Shown here: in pieces, positions 54,606-64,000 of the stretch | How the letters are laid out: each line of letters begins with the position of its first letter | Numbering within the stretch: position 1 is the first letter of the stretch | Origin: Vulcanimicrobiota bacterium | GTDB taxonomy: Bacteria; Vulcanimicrobiota; Vulcanimicrobiia; Vulcanimicrobiales; Vulcanimicrobiaceae | Assembly (NCBI GenBank): GCA_963795855.1 | Contig: CAWCIZ010000001.1 | Location: 665,082 to 729,081, forward strand | Direction of reading: 5' to 3' | DNA length: 64,000 nt | The notes under the pieces: generated by a model | What the model was told of the DNA's origin: nothing | The model's database searches: none | Seen by the model: the letters and a program-made list of their open reading frames with translations, nothing else | Program-made: the position numbers and the translations under genes

Positions 54606-57600
54606 ATGACGCACGACCGGCTGAGAATCTATCTGTTCGGTGAGCCGCGCTTGGAAGTCGGCGGGCAGATGCACGTCTTCAAGGCGCCGCCGAAAACTCT
54701 GCCGATGCTGGCGTACTTGCTGCTGAACCGGCGCGGGCCGATCGCGCGCGAAAAAATCGCCGCGGCGCTTTGGCCGGACTCGCCGCAAGCCGAAGCCTAC
54801 GCGAACGTGCGCCGCCACTTGCATTATTTGGCAAAGGCCCTCCCGCCGGCAAACGGTTCGCCGTGGGTCATCGCCGGCGCGAAAGCGATCGCGTGGAACG
54901 CGGAGAGCTCGTACTGGGTAGACGTCGAGGCGTTCGAAACGGAAGTTCAGGAACGGGCGCTCCGCGCGCGGGCGGTACGTCTTTACAGCGGCGATTTGTA
55001 CGAACGCTGCGCCGAGGAATGGATCGACTTCGAACGCGAGCGCCTGCGAACGCTGCAACTCTCTGCGCTTGCGCAACTCTGCGGCGCCGCGCGCGAACGT
55101 TCCGCTTACGTGGAAGCGCTGCAGTACTCGCAGCTGATGCTCGCCGCCGATCCATGGCGTGAAGACGCCCTGCGCGCGATCATGGAAACCCGCATGCTCT
55201 TAGGCGATCGTTCCGGCGCGATCGCGGAATACGAACGCTTCGCCGAACGGCTGCGCACCGAACTGCAAACGCAGCCTCTCGCGGAAACGATGCAAGCGTA
55301 CGAGCAGATTCGCCGTTCGACGCAAGTGGACCGCCGTGCGAACGGATCGACGAAACCGGCCGTCACGCTGGTCGGGCGGCGCAACGAACTGGCGACGCTG
55401 CTGGACGAATGGCAACGCGCGTCGCGGGGCGAAGGACGCGCGCTTTTCATCGGCGGCGAAGCCGGTATCGGAAAGACGACACTTGTCACTGCGCTCGCCG
55501 AAGCGGTTGCGGAAAGCGGCGGCGAGGTCCTGACCGGCGCGGCGGCGGAGCACGAAGAGTCGGCATATACGGCGTTCGCCGGCATCGCGCACGCGCTCGG
55601 CGCCGACATTTTCGCTCCGTTGTCCGCGGAAGAGGAGCGCCTTCGACTCTTCGAAACAGTCGCCGACCTTCTCGCGCGGCGTGCCGCCGAGGCGCCGGTG
55701 ATCGTCGTCCTCGAAGATCTTCATTGGGCCGGGAACGCAACGCTCGACATGCTGCGCTACGTCGTGCTGCGCCTCTCGCGATCGCCGGTGCTTTTCGTCG
55801 GCACCTATCGGGAATTCGAGATCTCGCGTGCGTTGCGCGCGCTGCGCCGGCAATTGGTAAAGAGCCGACGGAGCACCAATCTCGCGCTCAGCGCGCTCAG
55901 CCGTGACGAAGCGTTCGCACTCGCCTGCTTCTGCGCGGGACGGACGCTGCCGGACGATCTGCTGCAACGCGTGTACGAACGCAGCGACGGTAACCCGCTG
56001 TTCGTCGTGGAGTTGGTGAGAGAATTGCGCGAGAGCGGGCTCGAGCGCGTTCCCGACTCGATAGCCGAGATCGTTCGCGAACGCCTCGCCCGTCTGAACG
56101 AGGCGGCGCGCTCCCTGCTGCACGCGGCGGCGATCGCCGGTGCGTCTCCTTCCGCGGAGCTGCTTGCGGACGTCACCGGGATGCGCGAGGGTGACGTTTT
56201 GCAGCGTCTGGACGAACTGGTCACCTCGCATTTCTTGCGTCAAGGCAGCAACGATCAGCTTTGCTTCGTTCACGACGTCATTCGGCAAGCGCTGTATGAA
56301 GCCGTAACCGATGAAACGGCCCGCACGCTTCACGCACGCGTCGGGTTCGCACTGCGGCGTCTCTATGACGGACGGTTCGGGGAAATTGCCGCGAACGCGG
56401 CGTGGCACTTTGAACGGGGCGGCGTTATCGAAGACGCCGCCGATGCCTACGTCGTTGCGGCAGAACACGCGCTCGACATTTACGCCTCCGAAGAAGCTTT
56501 CGCGTATGCCGGCAAGGCCTATGAAAACGCCGGCGATCCGCAGCGGCGCTTCCGCTGCGTTCGCGTCATGGAGCTGGTCGCCGGCATGCGCGCCGATCGA
56601 GAAACGCAGCGGCGTTATCTCAACGAACTGCTTTCGCTCGGCGAAACGCTCGACGAGAAAAGCCGAGCCGAAGCGCTGCTTCGAGCCGTCGACTTCACGA
56701 ACGGAGAACCGGCTGACGCGCAGCGCGCGGCCGTCGACGCGCTCGAGCGCTTCGTTTCATCTGCGCCGCAGTACGTTCCGGCGTTCTTGCTGCGCGCGGG
56801 CGAATTTCAAAGCCGAATCGGCAGCCTGGCCGAAGCGACGAAACTGCTGCAAAAAGCCCTCGAAGCGTTCACCGGCGGCAGCGATGTCGAAGCCTTACTG
56901 CGGTGCCTTACCGCGCTGTACGCCGCGGCGCTTCGCGCGGGCCATCCGCTGGACGCGCTGGACGAGCAGATCGGTCGAGCGCGTGCGAATCTGGAGCGGC
57001 ATGCGGACGCGCGCGTAGCCGCGCGCCTTTGCCACGTGCACTCGGGCGTGCTGCTCGATCGCGATCCCGCGGCTGCGCATGCGGCCGGGCTCGAGATGCT
57101 CGAACACGCGCGTACTGCGGGCGACCGATGGCTGGAAGCATTGGCGCACCGCTCGATCGGCGCGGCCGCCACGCGTCGCATGCTGATTGGCCAGGCGCAG
57201 CAGCATTTCGCTCGTTCGGCGGAAATCAGCGTTATGGCCGGACGGCTTCGCGACGTCGCGCTCGTCCGCAATTGGCAAATCATGGCTGAAAATCGCTGCG
57301 CGAACTTCGTTGCCGCCGCCGCATTCGGAAAAGAAGGCCTCGATACCGCGCGAACCTGCGGCGCAGACGATGCGGCCGCCTCTATACTTGCGAATCTTTC
57401 GAATACTGCAGTGTGGGCGCGCGACCTGGACACGGCGGAGCAGAATCTTCGCGAATCGCTGCGGATGGGTGAAGAGCGCGCATACGCTCAAGCGAGCATC
57501 AAAAGCTTATCTGGGGGAAGTCCTCATCGCGAAAGGCGCTCGAGAGGAAGGCGTCGCGCTGATCGAGCAGGCTCGCGCCGCCATCTCGCCGCAGGACGAC

Positions 57601-58059
57601 GCGCTGCAAACACACCGCGTCCATTACCCGCTCTTGCTCGGCCTCGCGTACCTGGGTCTCGAGCGCGAGGATGACGCCAGAAGTTGCGCGGAGATCGTTC
57701 GCTCCGCGATGCCCGCTTTCCGCACGTATTACATCCACCCCCAAGTCTATCTCTGGTCTGCCTCGCAACTTCTGCGATTGCTGGGCTATGCTGACGAAGC
57801 GCCCGCGTTCGCGGGGGCCGCGCAGGAACGTCGTGAAGAGATCCGCCGGTCACTCACGGACGAGGTGTCGAAACGGACCTTCGACGCGTTCGTTTTCAAC
57901 CGGCTCATCGAAACGGACGCGAACGTTTCAGAGCCGCTGTCGGCCTGGTATCTGCCCGTCGCTCCCGATCGGCACGTCGGTGATCTGACAGCAGACGACT
58001 TGCCAGACGCCGCTTTGCCGCGACGCAACGAACAGCGAAAGGCCGGTACGCACCGGTAG
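54606..58059 (+). CDS. SARP/AfsR-like regulator: wHTH + BTAD + AAA ATPase + TPR (frameshift ~57512)
   Basis: LFGEP...LAYLLL, LWPD, LYSGDL, DPWRE, LVGRRNEL, GEAGIGKT, LEDLHWA, GNPLFV.E, FVHDVIR. Confidence 0.9.
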
Positions 58060-58359
58060 GCCGTCGGCAGCATTGCCCCCGTATCCCGCAATGCTCCAAA
58101 TGACGTGCACCAGGGCCGTTTTTCCGCTCAAGAGCCGAGTCTTCGCGATCTGAAAGCGCAGCGTCGCTTCTCGCGCCATCGCGTGAAAGAGCCGCTCGTG
58201 GCCGCCGGCGATCGCCGCCCGGCCGTGCCAAAGGCCGGCATGGGCGTCCACCCAGTCCGCGTCCGGGGCAAAATCCGCGCACAAGGCGGACAGGTCACGG
58301 GCGTTCCAAGCCTGAGCATAGCGCTCGGCCAGCAATTCGAGCTCGGTTCGAACGGTCAT
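57928..58359 (-). CDS. SnoaL/NTF2-like protein (SgcJ/EcaC, DUF4440 type)
   Basis: AWNARD...L...FAPDADWV......GRAAI...H, W.VV..Q.T. Confidence 0.82.
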   Translation of the reverse strand: MTVRTELELLAERYAQAWNARDLSALCADFAPDADWVDAHAGLWHGRAAIAGGHERLFHAMAREATLRFQIAKTRLLSGKTALVHVIWSIAGYGGNAADGLPVRTGLSLFVASRQSGVWQVVCCQITDVPIGSDGQIPGRQRL

Positions 58360-58366
58360 ACAGTGA

Positions 58367-58401
58367 AGGGTAGCGGCCGGCCGTCTAGCGTCCGTCTAGC
58401 G
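58367..58401 (-). promoter_or_regulatory. TAGACG-N5-TAGACG direct repeat plus -10 (TACCCT), leaderless start
   Basis: CCGTCTAGCG at 58381 and 58392 (11-bp period); -10-like hexamer 7 nt before ATG 58359. Confidence 0.7.
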
Positions 58402-58410
58402 CCGATCCCG

Positions 58411-58439
58411 TTGTCAGGTTCCCCGCCCCATGGTATAGT
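58411..58439 (+). promoter_or_regulatory. sigma70-type promoter for rpsT
   Basis: TTGTCA-N17-TATAGT with extended -10 TG. Confidence 0.7.
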
Positions 58440-58474
58440 GTGCCTCGTGCCCGAAAAGCGAGGAGTATTCATTC

Positions 58475-58783
58475 GTGCCTAACATCAAGGCCGCCGAGAA
58501 ATGGGTCCGGCAGACTGAGAAGCGGACGACCCGCAACCTGGACGTGAAAACGCGCTTGAAGACGCTTTATAAGAAAGGCGCCTCCGCACAGGACGCCGAG
58601 GTCGCCAAATCGGTCGAAGCGCAGTTCGACAAGGCCGCGCAAAAGGGCATCATCCATCCGAACAAGGCCGCGCGCAAGAAGTCGCGCCTAGCCAAAGCCG
58701 CAGTAAGGGCAACCGCCGCGGCAGCAGCTCCGGTCGCGAAAACGACCGGGAAGACAACCGGCAAGAAGAAAGCCGCGAAGTAG
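58475..58783 (+). CDS. rpsT: 30S ribosomal protein S20 with Ala/Lys-rich tail
   Basis: PNIKAAEK..RQ..KR..RN, DKAAQKGIIHPNKAARKKSRL; AGGAG SD. Confidence 0.95.
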   Translation: MPNIKAAEKWVRQTEKRTTRNLDVKTRLKTLYKKGASAQDAEVAKSVEAQFDKAAQKGIIHPNKAARKKSRLAKAAVRATAAAAAPVAKTTGKTTGKKKAAK

Positions 58784-58786
58784 AAA

Positions 58787-60014
58787 ATCGAGGAAGATCC
58801 TAAAGCGATCTTCGTCACGCAGCTGGCGCGCGAACTGCATCGCGCCGGCGTAGCGTCCGATCAGCTCGAGCGCACGATAACCGCGATCAGCGGCGTGCTC
58901 GGTCTTCAAGTAGAAATCTTCGCGCTCCCCACGAACGTCACGCTCGCCATCGGCCCTCGATACGCGCAGCACATCGTCATGCTGCGCATGCATCCGGGGC
59001 GCGTAAACCTTCGCAGGCTCGCGCTGCTGAACGACGTCTTCGATTCGCTGCAGCGCGGCGGTATCGATTTGCAAGCCGCAATAGCGCAACTGCGCGATCT
59101 CGACTCGGGCTCACCGCAGCAATCCCCGCTGATGAGCGTACTCGCGCTTGCGTCGGTTGCAGTCGGCGTAGCCGTGCTGCTGGGCGGCGGAATTCACGAA
59201 CTCATCGTTGCAGCGCTGATCGGCGTCTCCACCGGCGTTCTCTCGGCGTTTACGACGCGAAATGCCGTGATGGATCGCCTGTTCGAAGTATTTGCGGCAT
59301 TTACCGCCACGCTCATCGTCGCGGCGTATACGCACTTGGTGCATCCCGCCAACCTCTACATCTCCATCGTGGCCGGCGTCGTCGTGCTTCTGCCGGGCTA
59401 TTCGCTCACGCTCGCGCTGCACGAGCTCGCGAATCAGGATTTGATTGCGGGCACGGCGCGGCTCGGACGCGTTTTCGCGATTCTGCTCGCGCTCGGCTGC
59501 GGCGCCTTTCTCGGTTTCGCTGTAGTCGGCGGCGTCTTCACGTATACGGGCGACGTGCGCCCCATTCCGGTGGGACCCGCGTTTTGGATCGCTGCCGTCG
59601 CGCTGCTTTCGTTCGGGCTTTCGATCGATCTCGACGCGCGCTTCCGCGACTTCGCCTGGGTCTTTCTGGCCAGCATCGTTGCGCTCGGAACATCCTACCT
59701 GTTCGGCAAAGTTCCCGGAGCGCATCAGGTGGCGCCGTTTCTCGCCTCGCTCATCTGCGGGCTTGTCGCCAACGGCGGCGCGAAGTTTTTGCGGGTGCCG
59801 CAACCGGTATTTCTCGTGCCGGCGCTGCACGTGCTCGTTCCGGGATCGCTCGAGTTACCAGAGCGTGCTTTGGATCGTCTCGCGAAACAATTACGCCGAC
59901 GCCGCGACGCTCGCAGTGAACGCGCTCATCGCCGCCGTTCTCATCGTCGCGGGCTTGCTGCTCTCGCAGCTGATCGTCCCCGGCTCACCGCTCAGGCTCA
60001 AGGAACCGGCTTGA
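58787..60014 (+). CDS. ThrE family threonine/serine exporter (probable ATC start; frameshift ~59853)
   Basis: LARELHRAG...LE, FALPT, LLPGYSLT.AL.EL, LIAGTARL, LVPGS; multiple TMs. Confidence 0.82.
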
Positions 60015-61058
60015 GCGCGCCCATGTTCGCTTCGAGTGCGGCGTCGTGGACGCGGCGCAAGAATCCGCTTACCGCCCGAATACGATTCGAAATATGGCCG
60101 ATCGGCAACAAGCCCGTGATCTGCACGTTCGTTTCGTTCAGCGCCGTCAGAAAGACTTGGCAATTTTCCGCTTCAACCTTGCCCGCGACGTCCGTCACTG
60201 CCTCGCATGCCGCGCTTTCCGCGATCGAGCGAAGCTCCGCCATCGGCCCTTTCCATGCGACGGTCGCCGTTACGGGGATCATCAGTGCCGACACGCACAT
60301 CGAATAATTCGTGAACGGCGCCGTGTTGATCTTCGAGTTGGGAACGATGATGAGGTTGTTTTCGAAGTCACGAATCGTCGTGTTATGCCAGTGGATATCC
60401 ACCACTTCACCTTCGGCAAAGTCGAACTTCACGTAGTCGCCGATGCGCAATCTGGCGGGCCGCTACGATTTGCACGCCGGCAAAGAGATTGCTCAGGCGT
60501 ATCGTTGAGCGCGAGCGCGACGGCCAGACCGCCGAGCCCGAGCGTCGTTAAAAGCGGCGCGATGGCAATACCCAGCGAGCTGAGAACCGTCAGCAAACCG
60601 ATGAGCAGAATCGCGCCCTGCAGCAGCGTCGAGTACAGCGAAATCGAAAAGAACCGGTGTTCCGAGCGGCGGCTGAACGACTCGACCCACGTGCCCGTCA
60701 CGCGCGCTGCGATCCACATGAGCGAGAACACGAACAGCGCGCCGATCGCGCGGTCCAAGAAGTTCGCTTCACGCGCGGAAAGCGTGATGTGATCCATGCC
60801 GAGGTAAAGGCCCGCGAGCGCTCCCCAGAGGATGACTGCAGTACCGACGATCGACGTAACGGTTTCGAGCGCGCGCCAGCCGTGTTTTGCCGTCGCACGG
60901 CGCATGGGGCGCACGAGCAGCATATAGGCGAGCGTACCCGCGATAATGCCGCCCAATATCCACGCGAGCGGCAGCAACTGCGTCGCGCTCGCAAGGTGAA
61001 TGGGCGCCCCCGCCGGCGTTGCTGTTGCCATCGAAAGCGATACTACCCGGAAATGCAT
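59998..61058 (-). CDS. MscS family mechanosensitive channel (frameshifts ~60450-60500)
   Basis: LLTTLGLGGLAVALAL, RIGDYV, GEVVDI.W..TTIR, IVPNSKI. Confidence 0.9.
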
Positions 61059-63455
61059 TACGGATCCACGTTTATGACGATGCGCGATTCGCGATGCGCC
61101 CGCGCAGCGGGCAGGATGAGTTCGCGAAGCGCCGTTCGCAGGGGCTCCGAGTGCCTCCCCTTGAGCGCTAGGCGAAAGCGCCACTCGTCGTTCAAACGCG
61201 CGATCGGATACGGCGCCGGGCCGAGCACCTCGGCCGCGGCCGACTCTTGCAGCGTCTGCGCGTAGTGCTGCGCGTGCGCAAGCGCTTTTGCTCGGTTTCT
61301 GCCGACGACGCCGACGTACACGAGTTTGCGCGACGGAGGATATGCCGATTCCGCGCGCTGCTCGAGTTCCGCGGCCGCAAAACCCGCGTAGTCGTGCGCT
61401 GCCGCGAAGCGCTATTGCCGGATGCTCCGGTGAATACGTCTGTACGATCGCTTCACCGCGGCCGCGCGCGTCCGCTTCGCCCGCACACTTGCGTGATCAA
61501 GTGCGAAGGTTCGCTCCGCGGCTCGAAAATCCGGCGCGTGCAGTCCGATGTCCGCCGCGACGACGCCGACGAGCGTAACCGTCGGAAAGTCGAGTCCCTT
61601 GGCAACCATTTGCGTGCCGACCAGCACGTCGCCGTCTCCGGCGAACTGATCGAGCAGGCGCGCGTGGTCGCCGATGCGCGTCGTCGTATCGCTATCCATG
61701 CGAACAACGCGCGCGTGCGGATACAGCCGCGCGACTTCCTCCGCCACGCGCTGCGTTCCGACGCCGAACTCTCGAACGGCGTCCGATGCCGCAGCACGTT
61801 CGCAGACCGCGGGCAGCGCGCGCTGCGCATCGCAGTAGTGGCAGCGAAGCAATCCTTCGCAGCGATGAACCGTGAGTGACACGCTGCAGCGCGCGCACTC
61901 CGGAACAAACCCGCAAGCGCGGCAGAGCAGAGAATCCGGCGCTGCCTCGGCGGTTGACGAACAGAACGATCTTTTCGCCGCCGTTCAAGCGCTCGTCGAG
62001 CGCCTGCGCGAGCGCGGCGCTGAAGATTCGGCGGTTGCCCGCTTCGAATTCCTTCGCCATATCCACGACGCGCACGTCGGGCAAGCGGCTTGCCGCGTGG
62101 CACGCGCGGGCAGTTCCAGCAATGCGATGCGGCCGCTTCAGCGCTGCATGCGTAACTTTCGAGCGAGGGCGTCGCGCTGCCGAGCACCAGAACGCCACTC
62201 TCGACGCGCATTCGTTCGCGCGCGACCGCCACGGCATGATAGCGCGGCGCCGTGTCTTGCTTGTACGACGATTCGTGCGCCTCGTCGACGACGATGATCC
62301 GCACGTTTGCCAGCGGCGCAAAGACGGCGCTGCGCGCGCCCACGACGACATCGACGTCGCCGCGCGCGCACGCCTGCCACGCATCGAAACGCTCGCGCTC
62401 CGAAAGCGCCGAGTGCAGCACGGCGACGCGATCGCCGAAAGCGCTTCGAACCGGCGCGCCGTCTGCGGAGTGAGCGAAATTTCCGGAACCAGCACGATCG
62501 CGCGGCCGCCTTCGCGCAGCACGCTGCTTGATCGCCTCGATGTAGACGAACGTCTTGCCGCTTCCGGTGATGCCGTGAAGCAACAATTCGCGAAACGTGC
62601 GCGTGCCGAGCGCGCGCGCAATGGTCGCATCGCCGCGGCCTGCTCTTGCGTGGGCTCGAACTCCGCTGCGGTAAGCGGCGATCTCACGCGCGTCTGCGCG
62701 GGCGCGACTTCTTCTTCGCGAACGGCGCCCGCCTTTATAGCGCGGCTGAGGAGCGCGTTCGAAAATCCCGCAAGGAGTGCGTCCGCACGTGGAACGCCGG
62801 GCTGATGACGCACGAAGTCGATCAGCGCGTTCGATTTTTGCCCGCGCACGGACCCGGACGCCGGATGCAGCACCTTCACGCGGTATTCGTGCGTTCGCGG
62901 ATCCAGCGATGCGCCGCTCACGGCGGATGTCTGCGCTGCGAACCAGCGTGTTGACGTGGCGCAGCAGCGTAGTGCGATCGCCCGCGCGGCGAGCATCGGG
63001 GTGACGCAGCAAATGCTCGAGCGCAAAGCCCTCGCGCAAACTCTTCCCAAATCAGCGAAACGAGGCGCGCGGGCACTGACGGGTAGCGTCCGGCGGTGCG
63101 GTTCGTTCGTCGCGAGCACGAACGTGTCGACGGTGCGCGGCACAGCCGAACTGAGAACGATAGCCGCGAGGGCTTCTCCGAGGGTGCATACGTACCGATC
63201 CGCAATGAATCGCGCGAGTGCGAGCCCCACTTCATCGAACGCGCGCGGTACGGCAGGCGCTTCCAGAACGCCGCGCAGCGGGCGTCCGGATTCGCGCACC
63301 TCCGGCACCGAAACGACGAACGCAATTTCTTCGCGCGTACCCAGTGGAACGCGCACCACGTCCCCGACCCGCAACTCCAGATCGCCCGCGTCGTACGTGA
63401 ACGGCAAGTCGAAGCGCGACGACCGGATCGCGGCTAGCGCGTCGACGCAGCGAAT
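61058..63455 (-). CDS. priA: primosomal protein N' (many apparent sequencing frameshifts)
   Basis: FTY...VGDVVRVPLG, LLHGITGSGKT, LVPEISLTPQ, VVGARSAVFAP, VDEAHESSYKQ, LGSATPS, NRRG, CHYC, GTQMVAKGLDFP, DFRAAER, GPAPYPIAR. Confidence 0.92.
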
Positions 63456-64000
63456 CAGCGGAATTCGCCGCCTCCCGGCTGCGTCGTTATGCGTTCCAGC
63501 ACCGCCCGAACGGCTGCGATCCGGCACCTGCACGCCGTATTCGACGTCGCCGATCCGGCGCGGCAGAACGAAACGCAAGCGGCCGTCGCGCTTCTTCTTG
63601 TCCGAAGACATCGCGGCGAAAACGGCGGACGGAGATTCGCGCGTGCCCAGCGGCATGCGCAGCAAGGTGAGAAGCGCGAGCACCCGCAGATGCTCTTCAC
63701 GCGAAAAGCGGCCGGTACGCAGAGCGAGCAGTCCTGCGGCGCGCAATCCGATAGATACCGCAGCGCCGTGCGAGACGCGATAGTTCGACGCGCGTTCTAT
63801 ACCGTGGCCGAACGTATGCCCGAGGTTGAGCGTTTCGCGCACCCCATGTTCGAGACGATCGTCCTCGACGATCATGCGTTTGACGTTTTGCGCGGCGGCG
63901 ACGATCGTTTCCCACGGCCAGCGGTAAAACGGATGAGGCGCGAGCGTTTCGAGCGATTCGAAAAGTTCGTCGCCTTCGATAATTCCGTGTTTGGCGACTC
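63455..64000 (-). CDS. aroB: 3-dehydroquinate synthase, 5' partial (frameshift ~63515)
   Basis: VAKHGII, RETLNLGHTFGHGIE, HGAAVSIG, MSSDKK....LRFVL. Confidence 0.92.

Noticed and set aside
61692..63875. AroB-PriA fusion ORF (727 aa)
   Set aside because: Produced by an indel near 63515; aroB ends naturally at 63455 in another frame.

Overview
High-GC bacterial chromosomal segment, mostly housekeeping genes. Gene content (cdaA-cdaR-glmM, RqcH, PASTA kinase and MlaEFD together) fits a diderm Terrabacteria lineage, possibly Eremiobacterota/Vulcanimicrobiota; this is inference. Many essential genes are broken by single-base indels, which points to an error-prone long-read consensus, so frameshifts are not treated as biology. 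Genes in 1-33 kb run almost all on + (DUF58/VWA, pdxH, ECF sigma, carB, pbpA-pknB, ruvCAB, queA, gmk-rpoZ-glmS, rph, mlaEFD, panE). Genes after 34.5 kb run mostly on - (xer, NlpC/P60, glmM-cdaR-cdaA, mscS, priA, aroB). At the convergence are a 1.46-kb decayed islet bounded by a 33-bp direct repeat and a lone Xer-type recombinase with an 11-6-11 dif-like site just upstream, suggesting the replication terminus. Best self-derived signals: (1) a BTAD/AAA/TPR regulator whose two neighbours share a TAGACG-N5-TAGACG / -10 / leaderless-ATG promoter layout; (2) the xer plus candidate dif site; (3) a c-di-AMP riboswitch on an NlpC/P60 gene directly behind the c-di-AMP synthase operon; (4) a ~125-bp tandem repeat in the glmS leader; (5) several genes that appear to start at ATC/ATT. 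One tRNA (Gln-TTG). No CRISPR array, rRNA or transposase was seen.
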